From positions 35,833 through 99,832 of IMG/VR virus record IMGVR_UViG_3300017598_000768: DNA of 64,000 nucleotides; one strand, written 5' to 3'. A program made the translations under genes and the position numbers. Shown here one piece after another: positions 39,371 to 49,340 of the stretch. The notes beneath the pieces were generated by a model that was given only the letters and a program-made list of their open reading frames with translations, was not told the origin of the DNA and made no database searches. Positions within the stretch are counted from its first letter, which is position 1. The number at the start of each line of letters is the position of its first letter. The stretch is from a virus.

Positions 39371-40477
39371 TTACTTCTGAACCACCAGAAGGCCAGCGAA
39401 CGGACTCTTGTTTTTATCTTCCTCGTCCTTGATCACTTGGTCTTCAATTTCAGTGGCAGTACGATCGGTTGCAGGCTGGCTCTCCAAATTCTCCTGCTTT
39501 TCAGCGATCACCTTAACCTGCGCTCCGAGATCAGTCACCAACGTCCGGATCTCCGTGAGACTCTTGCCGATATCAGGTTCGTCCTGAGTTTCCCCGGTTG
39601 GGGCATCTTGCGTCTCATCCTTCTCCGTGGTCTCAGTATCATCCTTCTCCGTGGTCTCATCCTCGGGGTCCTTGATCAGCTCAAGCTTCTTCAAGACGCC
39701 GGTAATAACCTCAGTAGTCGCTTCTGTAAACTCTTCCATGCTCTTGAACATCTTTTTCATTCCTCCTTTCGGTTTAATCAGTAATTCAGACGGCTCGCCC
39801 ATTTCAACTTCCGACTTCCCGATATTGTCAAGGCTCATCGCCAAGAACATTCGGAAAGCGTCAATGGAGTCCAGAACCATCTTCTTACGCTTCTTCGGAT
39901 CTTGCGCCGACTGTTTGAGAGACCCATAAACAACGTCAAGCATACTTGACAGCTCACGCTCAAAAACATCACGGAACGTGTTTACCACACCCATAACAGC
40001 TGGTCTTTCAACAACTTCATCCAGCGGAGTTACCAATGCGAGCTTCTCGACTTCGGCCTTCCCCAGCGTTAGAACATTCTCATCAGTGCTGCCCTCTTTC
40101 AATGCACCAATAAGTGCATACGCTCCACTATCATCGAGCTTCGTTAACTGGAGCGTGGCCTGGTCAAACTTCTCGATCTCCAGCTGGGTGTGACGCACGT
40201 ACTCTTCGAAGTTCTCTGGAGCATCGACCTTCGCTTCAGACAACCACGCAAGTTCCTCCTTCTGCGTAAGGTCTTCAACCTTCTTCCCTGTTGGAAGCAA
40301 AATGCTCTGTACCACTACCATCTTTTTCTCTACACCTCCTTTCACCTCCGACTTGACAATCCTGAAAGGTGTTCTATTTGCCCCATGTCTTACCAACGAA
40401 ATGAACTCGACATCTGTATCTACCAGAAAATCGACTTTTCTTTTCGTCGTTTCCTTCTCAACGATCTTTACTGCCAT
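39371..40477 (-). CDS. Scaffold/prohead protein
   Basis: DVEFISLVRHGANR N-terminus, acidic C-terminus; lies between protease and capsid genes. Confidence 0.7.
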   Translation of the reverse strand: MAVKIVEKETTKRKVDFLVDTDVEFISLVRHGANRTPFRIVKSEVKGGVEKKMVVVQSILLPTGKKVEDLTQKEELAWLSEAKVDAPENFEEYVRHTQLEIEKFDQATLQLTKLDDSGAYALIGALKEGSTDENVLTLGKAEVEKLALVTPLDEVVERPAVMGVVNTFRDVFERELSSMLDVVYGSLKQSAQDPKKRKKMVLDSIDAFRMFLAMSLDNIGKSEVEMGEPSELLIKPKGGMKKMFKSMEEFTEATTEVITGVLKKLELIKDPEDETTEKDDTETTEKDETQDAPTGETQDEPDIGKSLTEIRTLVTDLGAQVKVIAEKQENLESQPATDRTATEIEDQVIKDEEDKNKSPFAGLLVVQK

Positions 40478-40493
40478 GGAGACACCTCCTTTC

Positions 40494-41084
40494 TTATTCG
40501 TTCTCTACGAGAACTAATCGATGCGAATGGTCAAGGAACCTCTCAGTCGCAGTTGTGCGACGAATGTCATGCTCGTGCCCAAGCTCCTCTTCGGTCACGG
40601 TAGGCACAACTTTCCCATTCTCATCGAATTCAACCATCATCTCATGTACGTGGGGTGGTAGTGGTGTACTGTCCGCCGACTTCTCAGTTACTCCTTGAAG
40701 TTTCTTCCAGATCACCACCTCTACTTCGGCTGGAACTTTATTTGACCCGCCTTTCAGCGAAAAACCGTTCAACTCGCCTTTCTTGACTTGCGCCCATAAC
40801 TCATCAGGTTCTATCTTCGCCCCGATAACCCAAGCGCCTTCAATGAATCCGTCCGGGTCTCCTTTGCGGGCAATAAACGATTCTACTATAACACAACCAG
40901 AGGGTAGCCCGTCGTGACTTACATCAACATTATGCGTCGACCTCTCCACCATAAATCTGTAAGCCATCTTCTTAATTTCTTCCGCAGTTGCAACCTCCTC
41001 ATCAGTGTCTACTATCATTGGAGAATACACTTCTCCTAATACCAGCCTTTCTTCTTCTGACTTGATTACGACTTTTTTTCGCAT
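40494..41084 (-). CDS. XkdF-like prohead serine protease
   Basis: KSEEERLVLGEVY.P..VD, VDVSH, VESFIA, VKKGELNGFS. Confidence 0.88.
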   Translation of the reverse strand: MRKKVVIKSEEERLVLGEVYSPMIVDTDEEVATAEEIKKMAYRFMVERSTHNVDVSHDGLPSGCVIVESFIARKGDPDGFIEGAWVIGAKIEPDELWAQVKKGELNGFSLKGGSNKVPAEVEVVIWKKLQGVTEKSADSTPLPPHVHEMMVEFDENGKVVPTVTEEELGHEHDIRRTTATERFLDHSHRLVLVENE

Positions 41085-41373
41085 GCTCGACCTCTTATCG
41101 GATTGAGTTATTTGTCAATCGTATCTTACTTGCACAACCCTTGTCAAGCACAGCAATGATATCAAGCACTTATCAAAAGTATGATATGGGATATTTAAAA
41201 CTCTCGAACCACGCATACAACGCGTAACATGGCCCTTTACAAAACGCTAACGATCTCAAATAATTGCACCATATTTGCAATCGCTTGCAAATGATGCATG
41301 TGCCCTGAACGCTGCATCACACCGCTACACAAAAATTTTTTAGCTCTTTTACATAAAAATAAGGCGCTTTAAC

Positions 41374-41405
41374 AAAAAAAGGGCCGGATTTCTACAACCC
41401 GACCC
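41374..41405 (-). terminator. Rho-independent terminator ending the accessory operon
   Basis: Minus strand GGGTCGGGTT-GTAGA-AATCCGGCCC followed by T7. Confidence 0.8.
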
Positions 41406-41431
41406 TCTTAGTACCGTTCCTGTTTTTTATC

Positions 41432-41914
41432 TTACTTCTGTTTCAGCGACACCGATCCGTATTTCTCCGTGTTCACATCCCAGATTGTCTCCAGTACGTC
41501 GTCTCCGAGATACTTCTTCGCATCACCAACTTTTACCGCAACAAAATCCTTTAGCTGCTTTACTTTCTTCATCTTGTGAAGCAATTTGATAAACGGCTCC
41601 ACTGGAATACTGGTGGACGTGCTCGGCGAAATCTTAGCTTCGGCATTCGCTGAGGTCGTCTTTGATTTCCAGCCAGACGCCTCTGCCTCCTTCAGCAAAA
41701 TCGCTTTAGCCTTCTTCACAGACTTCGTCAGATCTTTACACTCCGCGTCTTTTCGGGCAGCAATGTCAATCAACGTCTCGACTTCGACTTCAGACAACGT
41801 CCCCGCCAGTTCCGTTGGCGTCATCGACGTCAAGTCGCTGTACGCTCTTTCTCCCTTTCTCTTGACCCGGATCTTTCTTACCTTCTCCTTGGCGGTCCTC
41901 GTTTTTGTCGTCAT
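41432..41914 (-). CDS. Hypothetical basic protein
   Basis: Coupled ORF. Confidence 0.75.
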   Translation of the reverse strand: MTTKTRTAKEKVRKIRVKRKGERAYSDLTSMTPTELAGTLSEVEVETLIDIAARKDAECKDLTKSVKKAKAILLKEAEASGWKSKTTSANAEAKISPSTSTSIPVEPFIKLLHKMKKVKQLKDFVAVKVGDAKKYLGDDVLETIWDVNTEKYGSVSLKQK

Positions 41915-42261
41915 TACTTGCTACTCCTTTCGCAAATCGGGCAGTACACCCGCTTTTTGCTTCCTCTGCCTTCAACAACCATGACAAGGCCGTGTACCCA
42001 GCAATATTTCTGATAGTCTCGTGAGTGCAACTTGATCAACCTCCATCCGTCTTTCCCATCAATCGTATCCGCCAGACCCTTTCGCTTCAGCCATTTCATA
42101 GCATTGGCTGCTTGCTGAACGTCAAGTCCACTTACATCACGGATCTCGGCGATCTGGATCGCTTCCTTCTTAGCCTTACCTTTTCGGCCTTCGACAATTT
42201 CTACGCATGCATCGTAAGCTCGTTTCTTCTCCTCGATATAATCGCGTTTCTTCTTCGCCAT
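41914..42261 (-). CDS. Putative winged-helix protein with C-terminal CxxH/CxxC
   Basis: IAEIRDVSGLDVQQAANAMKWLKRKGL; start at ATG 42261 after GGAGG. Confidence 0.55.
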   Translation of the reverse strand: MAKKKRDYIEEKKRAYDACVEIVEGRKGKAKKEAIQIAEIRDVSGLDVQQAANAMKWLKRKGLADTIDGKDGWRLIKLHSRDYQKYCWVHGLVMVVEGRGSKKRVYCPICERSSK

Positions 42262-42274
42262 AACTTCCACCTCC

Positions 42275-42814
42275 TTATTCCTTGTGCGCTTCATAACCCC
42301 AAGCATCCCACCCAGAAACCTTCTCTCTTGCAAACAGCTCGATTTTTCTTCTTTCGCTGCTTCCACTGACGTGATCAATCATCCTACGCATCCTCTCTGG
42401 CTTCTGGGAATGTCGTCTTCTTCGGGCACCAAAGACTGTCACGCCTTGCGCCCGTCTTCCATCCTTAATCAAAAAAGGCAGCTTGCCTTTTCTGGCAAAT
42501 AAGCAGTGCTCGGTTTGTCCTCGAAAATACTGCCCAAGCCCTATCTTATCTTTCACCCAAGTTATCATCGTTATATAACTGAAGCCCCATGCTTCAATAA
42601 CCAACAATCCATCCGGAAGGAAATTATTCGTCACCCATAAATACAGGTGGCAATCTTTATCTGCGATTTCGCCAACCGGCAATGCGCATACTTCCTTCGT
42701 CTTCATTAACGGATAATGACGCTGTGCCCCTCGTACAATCTTGCCTCCGCCACGCTCGTTCCATGGCGGGTCCGCCAAAATAACATGATACTTCCCTCTC
42801 GGGAATGGAATCAT
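42275..42814 (-). CDS. MT-A70 family adenine methyltransferase
   Basis: YHVILADPPW, HYPLM, LYLWVT, TEHCL, HSQKP, KIELFAR. Confidence 0.93.
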   Translation of the reverse strand: MIPFPRGKYHVILADPPWNERGGGKIVRGAQRHYPLMKTKEVCALPVGEIADKDCHLYLWVTNNFLPDGLLVIEAWGFSYITMITWVKDKIGLGQYFRGQTEHCLFARKGKLPFLIKDGRRAQGVTVFGARRRRHSQKPERMRRMIDHVSGSSERRKIELFAREKVSGWDAWGYEAHKE

Positions 42815-42987
42815 CTACAGGATCGGCACCAAGACTGGCGAATCCACAATGGGTCTTCCCTGTCAATACATCGCAACCCAAAATCCTCAATCCTTTTCAT
42901 TAGCATACATTTCGGGCATTCCCATAACGGGTATAGCCCACCAGACTCCTCCTCTGTTCCTTCTGGCTCTTCCAATCTGACCTCCAT
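42811..42987 (-). CDS. Small CxxC..CxxC protein
   Basis: CPKC...CRSCR; GGAGG RBS. Confidence 0.55.
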   Translation of the reverse strand: MEVRLEEPEGTEEESGGLYPLWECPKCMLMKRIEDFGLRCIDREDPLWIRQSWCRSCR

Positions 42988-43000
42988 CACCACACCTCCT

Positions 43001-43546
43001 TCAGCTCTTGTTCCATTTTCGGGGATCTCCATACACATCCCGATCATTCGGAGAAACGAACTTCATTCCCAATGCCTGGAAAATCAAATCCTCTTCCTTC
43101 GCCGCTATCAGTGTCTCTCCATGCCATAACCCATACTGATTCAGCTTGTATCCTTCTTTTTTCGCCTTCGTCCTCATCAGTATATTGAACTTCTGACTGC
43201 CAGTCAAAAACAGAAGCATCGCACCCCAAGCTTCGTCAGTCGAGTAGTACAAATTGAATAAAATGTCTCCTCCGACCATAACATCGGCAGTCTTTGTCGC
43301 CTTCTCCAGATTCGATACAACCTCTACCGAAACACTCGCCCTCTCGCCCCATAAGACAATGCAATTACAGACGTCTCGCAGCGACGCATGCCCAACGACT
43401 AAATCCACGTCGCCTATTTCGTTCCTGCCTCTTCGCAGCGATCCAGCGACTTCGCAACGCAACTGGCATTCTTTCCACAGCCACAATGATACAGCCATGG
43501 CAGTCGGTTCTATTTCTTCTCTTGGCCTCTTCACTTTCTCTGCCAT
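43001..43546 (-). CDS. Minimal DNA polymerase X (palm and thumb only)
   Basis: VAGSLRRG..GDVDLV; LLFLTGS..FN..R..A...GYKLNQYGL; IFQALG..P..R. Confidence 0.9.
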   Translation of the reverse strand: MAEKVKRPREEIEPTAMAVSLWLWKECQLRCEVAGSLRRGRNEIGDVDLVVGHASLRDVCNCIVLWGERASVSVEVVSNLEKATKTADVMVGGDILFNLYYSTDEAWGAMLLFLTGSQKFNILMRTKAKKEGYKLNQYGLWHGETLIAAKEEDLIFQALGMKFVSPNDRDVYGDPRKWNKS

Positions 43547-43568
43547 TGTTGCCTCCATGTTTATTTTA

Positions 43569-43596
43569 ATTATACCACTTCAGCCAAAAATGTCAA
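43569..43596 (-). promoter_or_regulatory. sigma70-type promoter
   Basis: TTGACA-16nt-TATAAT with a TG extension. Confidence 0.75.
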
Positions 43597-43608
43597 GGAT
43601 TTTTCGAG

Positions 43609-45128
43609 TTACGGCCTGACCCAAATAGTCTTGGTTGAATTCAACCTGTCCACTTTCTGGGCTCCCACGACGGTTCCGTCTGGCTTCTTGAATAAAAGTT
43701 TGGAGTGATCGAGCAGGCTTCTTTGGTAATAACCTTTGACCTCTCCATCTTTATTCTTCAACAGCAACTTCGTCTTGTCGAGATACGACTTTTGCAGGTA
43801 GTCTCCTCCAGTTACTGTCGTCGGATCTCCTGCTCTCCACGACTTCTGTGTAGGGACACATCCTCCAATGAACATCGCAATGAGAAAACATATCGCCGTC
43901 ATTACCACGCCTTCCCAAAAAGCCTTCCAACGCTCGTAGCTCACCAGCCTTGAGAAATCTTCATACTTGACGAACTCACCATTTGCGTCCCATACAACAT
44001 CTTCTCCGAACACATAATCATGGGCTATCGTCCATCTGTGCATCTTTATCATCGTCCCCTCCTGTTACCACAAGCTCAATCGGCAATCCAGCTGCTCTGC
44101 CATAACTCTCCATTGCATTCACCAAATGCTTCTTAGCATGGTTGACAGTTGCGTTGATCATCACTGGCCCTATACTTTTTGGAATCGCAACCTTCTCCTT
44201 CAGTCTGGCAAGATGTTCCTGTACGTCTGACAAGATCGACATCGCCGCCATCATTTCTGAGAAGATTTCGTCCTTCAGCATATCATCTTCCGTCATCATT
44301 TTTATCACCTATCCCCAGCCCATGAGCCGCTTGATCTGCGCCTCGGCTTCTTTGAATTTTTTGCTCCCCTTCTTCGCTTTCTTTCTTACATCCAACCAAT
44401 GGTCAACATCATTTCTAAAATCTTCGCGCTGCTCGGCATTCATTCCGGTCCCGGCTGTCAACGCTTCGTCCAGTGTCGCCGTGTACCCTGCCTTCTTCGC
44501 TGCTTTTTCTTCTGGGCTTATCATTTTCTGATTCTCCTTACCAACAATTTACGTCAAAAGCTGTCGCTATTTTCATCGTTGCTCTCGCAGCTTCCGCATG
44601 ATTTCCAGTGAACTGCTGAACTTCATTCACACACCAGACAATCTGATTCACCATATCTAACGGCGTCTTCTTCCTATCAGCCGCCTTGAATGATTCGCCT
44701 TCTCTTGCGCTTTCAAAACCTTCCTTATGTCTGACAACTTCTCGCTTCAGCCTGTCAATGCTATCAATCAGCTGACCAAAATACTCATCGCCTGCTTTGA
44801 GTGCAAATTTTCTTTCAGACTCTTTCACTCTATCGTCGAACTTATCCAGTCTTGCCATCTCTTCATCATCTTTCAAATCTGTCTGGGAATCATCATAGAC
44901 TGAAAATTCGCCTTCCTTAGCAAACTCTATTCGCAAATCCAACTCGGCGCACAATTCCTTCAACCGACTATTAACTGAATTAAACAACACCCACTCTTCA
45001 TCATCTTTCAAATCTCGTATGTCTACAAAAACAGCAGGTGCATAAGAGTTGGAATCGATACACCAATCGCCTTCTATTCCTTCCATGATTTCCATTGCTT
45101 TTGTTTTGAACTGCTCTGTTTTTTTCAT
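43609..45128 (-). other. Four small hypothetical genes: 43609-44052, 44018-44308, 44309-44524, 44538-45128
   Basis: Abutting minus-strand ORFs with RBSs, downstream of a sigma54 promoter. Confidence 0.7.
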
Positions 45129-45166
45129 TTTCTGCCTCCTGATTTTTTGTTTTTATTTTATTATAA

Positions 45167-45182
45167 TGCAACCGGCGTGCCA
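45167..45182 (-). promoter_or_regulatory. sigma54 -24/-12 promoter
   Basis: TGGCACGCCGGTTGCA; paired palindromes at 45309-45345. Confidence 0.85.
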
Positions 45183-45341
45183 AAAATCGCATCATAATAA
45201 AAAAATCAGAATTTTTTCAGCTCATATCCAGTTAAAAATATTGGAAAATCAAGCCACTCATTGCAAGCGCTTGCAAATTCTAAACGGCTTTTCGCAACGA
45301 GAGCATAACCGACTATTTTTGTCATTTAGTGACATTTACTG

Positions 45342-46325
45342 TCATTTCGAGCCAACTTGCTCACCAAACAGGCAGTCTCTCGGAGACTTGTCTTTTCTCC
45401 ATTTCTTATAGCGTGGGAACCGGAACCTTTCTCCGTCCCATCCCGATACATTCATCTCAACAACTCTGCCTCGGTAGTCGTGAAAATTTCTCAAGCCAAA
45501 CTCTACCGCGTCTTTCGGTAGATTCTCCAGCTTCCCGACTTCTACTACATGTCCGTCTTTCGCCAGTCCAACAGTAAACGTCGCCGCCTTCCCATTTGGC
45601 TGTGGAGCTATTCCTCTAATCCCAGACCCGCCTTCCTTCGCCTCCGTAACACCTATCACAAATGCATCAACCGTGCGATCATCGTCCCCTTTACATTTCC
45701 ACCAGTTCGGATTCGTTCGCTGATGCGTCGGGATCGTTGCGTCCCAACATTTCAGAATCGCACCCTCTTCATTGTCAGCAAACACCTTCTTCAGATTCTT
45801 CAGCGTTGCGGGCCAGTCCGGTAACAGCCTTACTTTCATTCCCATACGCCGCATTTCTTCAACAGCCATTCCAGCAAGCATCTTCCTTTCTTCGTCAGAC
45901 ATACCCCGGACATCTTCACCTTTCCAGAACATAACAGTCCATACTTCATATCCTACCCACTCGCCATTTTCAATTCGGCGGACGGTATCCTTGTCGTATT
46001 CGCCGTTCATCTTGTAGCTTTCAGTCAACTCTCCATCGAGAACTGTACCGTCAAGCATCGGATCTGTGTACGCCGCCAACACTGGACTCAGGCTCGCCTT
46101 GTCCGGAAAATCTCCGGCTTTTTCTACACCCTTCAGAAAATCTTGACGGTTTCTGCCTCTGAGCAACGACTTCCCATCACCTATCTGCATCGTGATTCGC
46201 TGAGCATCTTTCTTCGGCTCCATATACCATCTTGGATCGTCCCATATCCATTCGGGCACCGATTCAAGATACGCCCCTTTCGCTTTCGAACAGTCAACAT
46301 TGTATTCGTTTCGTATATCAATCAT
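45342..46325 (-). CDS. ATP-dependent DNA ligase
   Basis: Motif I EPKKDAQR, III VLDGEL, IV EEGAILK, V WWKCK; OB domain ending RFPRY..WR.DK. Confidence 0.9.
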   Translation of the reverse strand: MIDIRNEYNVDCSKAKGAYLESVPEWIWDDPRWYMEPKKDAQRITMQIGDGKSLLRGRNRQDFLKGVEKAGDFPDKASLSPVLAAYTDPMLDGTVLDGELTESYKMNGEYDKDTVRRIENGEWVGYEVWTVMFWKGEDVRGMSDEERKMLAGMAVEEMRRMGMKVRLLPDWPATLKNLKKVFADNEEGAILKCWDATIPTHQRTNPNWWKCKGDDDRTVDAFVIGVTEAKEGGSGIRGIAPQPNGKAATFTVGLAKDGHVVEVGKLENLPKDAVEFGLRNFHDYRGRVVEMNVSGWDGERFRFPRYKKWRKDKSPRDCLFGEQVGSK

Positions 46326-47839
46326 TACTTCCCTCCAGAAGAAACACTGGCTTTAAAACTAAACTCTCTTCGTCTATCACCTTAGCGACCCTAAACACAT
46401 CCGATCCAAAAATAAAAAAAGGTACTCGGCTTCTCTTATCGACCAGCTGTATCAATACACCAACGTCAAACGCCTTTTCCACAGCAGCTCTTTGATAATC
46501 ATGCCATTCTGTCCTCAGAGGCATCGACAGCCACCTCACGAACATGTCATCCATCTCCACTTCACAAATTCTACTCATGTTCAAAATCTCCTGACGACAC
46601 AAGCAGCACTCCAGGCAACTTCTCCTTTTCGTGATACTGCTGCATCGCCTCCGACAGATGCGCCTTCGCATGGTTGATCGTATCATTCGCCCTTTTTCTT
46701 ACCCACTCACTCAACCTGCCTTCGTTTTTAAGCCACTCTAACATCGCCTGCGCATCAGACAAAATACTCATCGCCGACATCATGTTCGGGAAGATTTCGT
46801 CCTCTCCGCCATACGGCGCTTTATCTAAATCAGTCAACTTTCCCATCACCTTCTCCTTTCTTCTCCATCAACTCTCGGATTCCTTCGATTGCATCAGCCA
46901 GTCTTTTCAACTGCTTTGCAATTTCCGGAACATCGTGCCCATAAAACTTATGGCCCATCCGTGTCTCGAAAAATTTCGGTCCCATCACTCAGCCTCCCAT
47001 CACACATCGCCAAATCGTTGCTATCATTATAACTATCCCGCCGACCTTCACCACAATTTCTCCAACCACCTTCCAGTTGACTCCGCTACTCGGCACGATT
47101 GGCTTGTACGGCTTCTTCGACATCTTCCAGCATCTCCTTCCTTAGCACCTCTTTACAATTCTGGCAGTATCCATGGCTGATCTGGTCCGGCTTCGTCGCC
47201 TCCTTCTCTCCATACTGGACACCGCAAACACAACACACAACCTTCATCGGGAACTTCTCAACCATTTCAACCTGCCTACCTAACTCCTCCATCAGCGATG
47301 ACTTCGTAATCGGATCGTGTGTCTCACAAATTTTATCGATCAGTTCGTTAAACATCTTCGACCAACCTTTCGACTTCTTTCACCAGATACTCATACGTCA
47401 CATGAAGACTTTCTTGCTGCTTCTCAACTCGAATCATTTCTTCCTTCAGCATCTCCATCCGAGCCTCCGTCACCTTCTCCTCTATCATCTTCGCAACCTT
47501 AACAGCAATTTCGCCTTGGGAATCGAGCGAAAGCGCCCCAAACCACACTTCGCCTTGCATCTCTTCATAAGTACCAACCACACTGTCCACCAAATCATCT
47601 TTGTGCAACTCCTGATTCAACTCTATGTCAGCTGGCTTGTCTTCCGCTTCATTTATTATTAAAAGGTGATCACACTCTACCCAAACAGCGACTTCTTCTT
47701 CACGAGAATGAAAAAATACATCACCATGCGGCGCACGCATCGATTCATCCCAACTTACATTCTCTTCTCGCAGTGCGTCTTCAGCTTCTGCTCTTGATAA
47801 AATGTTTTCAATTTGTTTGCTTCCGATTTTTTCTCTCAT
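46318..47839 (-). other. Small hypothetical genes: 46318-46578, 46571-46849, 47086-47355, 47348-47839
   Basis: Coupled minus-strand ORFs; the first starts at ATG 47839 after GAGGAG. Confidence 0.7.
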
Positions 47840-47879
47840 TTTCCGTCTCCTCGATTTTTTTGTTTTTATTTTATTATAA

Positions 47880-47895
47880 TGCAAGCGACGTGCCA
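47880..47895 (-). promoter_or_regulatory. sigma54 -24/-12 promoter
   Basis: TGGCACGTCGCTTGCA; paired palindromes at 48022-48058. Confidence 0.85.
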
Positions 47896-48059
47896 AAAAT
47901 CCCTGCACCAGAAAAAACCGGAAATTTTTTTGCATCGTATGTGATTGAACCTGTTAAGAAAATCAAGTCTGTTTCGTTCTCTTTAAAATTCGCTCCATTG
48001 CCCAACCATTCTACCCTGAAACCGACTAAATTTGTCACAAGGTGACATTTACTGTCAAA

Positions 48060-49326
48060 CTACTTCCAACTGTCAATCCACACCCTAATCGGCGACAATT
48101 TCAACGCGAGCGAAAGCGTCTGCATTGGGCTCGCTACATACAATGGAACTGCCAAAGAAAGATTTCCTTCAAATAGTTCATGTACTGGCTTCATTCTTCT
48201 AAACCAACCTTCCCCATATAATCTCCATGCCTCATACGCAGCAGCTCGTCTACCCTTCGCCAGTACCACAGTCTTATCCCAAACATCTGTGCCCTTGAAT
48301 TCATCGTCCTGCGTTCCATCTGGAAAATAAGCCTTCGGTGTAAAAACCGTAAATTTTATCATAATCAATCTCCTTTCATCCCAAATAACTTGCGATGAAT
48401 CCGCCAGTTGATCCGTCTTCTTCCTGATCGAGACCAACTATTTCATAAATCGCTTCACAGTCATTCACCTGCACCGACATCGATCCGAGATTCGGCTGGA
48501 AATTCCATCCGTACCACTGCATGCCAAATCTTCCCACCAGCCAAATTCCACTAAAACGGATCAGATACAGCTTCTTCCTGTCTATGTCTTCTCTCTTCAT
48601 TTCTTCGCGCGTCATTCTTCTCTGCTTATAAGGCGGATTCTCTTCGCCCAACAGCGGAAGCTCTATCAGTTTCAGTTCCTTCATCTTTTTCCTCCATTCT
48701 TATCGACCTTACTTGTGTCGATCTCGTCTTTCCGGTCATATCTAACAGGATATCCACCAACTCCATGCGCGCACGCTCGATCGGCCCGGTACAAACGTCA
48801 CGTCTTCCAACTTCTATCCAGTCTATTACCTTCCGGATGCGCTTGATCATCCGTTTCTTGTCGAGCATCACCGCGCCTTCCCAACGTTTTGCCCCATACA
48901 CCTTTGCCTTCATGTTCAGCAATTCGTGCATCCTACATTGCCATGTACTGTCAGAGGCTCCAGATCTGCCGCACTCACGGATCATGCTCTTGCAATACGA
49001 AATCCGACCGTTTAGATACATTACAAGCGGAGTCTTCCCTATTCTTATCGACCTTTCATCCATCAGTCAACCACCATGAAGTACTGAGTCGTTTTCTCCA
49101 CCAGTTCATTTCTGTCATTCAACATCAAATACACCGGCGTTCTTGAACCATCGTCAAACACATGATACGCTAAACCAACCGTCTTCCATCTACCCATCGA
49201 TGAAAATCCTACTTCTTTTGACAGGTTGAAAACTCCCAAACCCGACCCAAAATTGTGACGGCGTCTTCCTTCTTCCGTGAACTCCACCTGACGCTCAAAC
49301 TTCAAAATTTCTGTTTTCTTAGCCAT
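48060..49326 (-). other. Small hypothetical genes: 48060-48362, 48376-48684, 48626-49063, 49063-49326
   Basis: Minus-strand ORFs with RBSs. Confidence 0.65.
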
Positions 49327-49340
49327 TTTCTTTTCTCCTT

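Noticed and set aside
42665-42682. Partial match (15 of 17) between the concatenated triplets of spacer 56788-56820 and the MT-A70 gene
   Set aside because: Found by eye and only part of the spacer matches; roughly what chance allows given 21 spacers and 128 kb of searchable sequence. It needs a controlled search.
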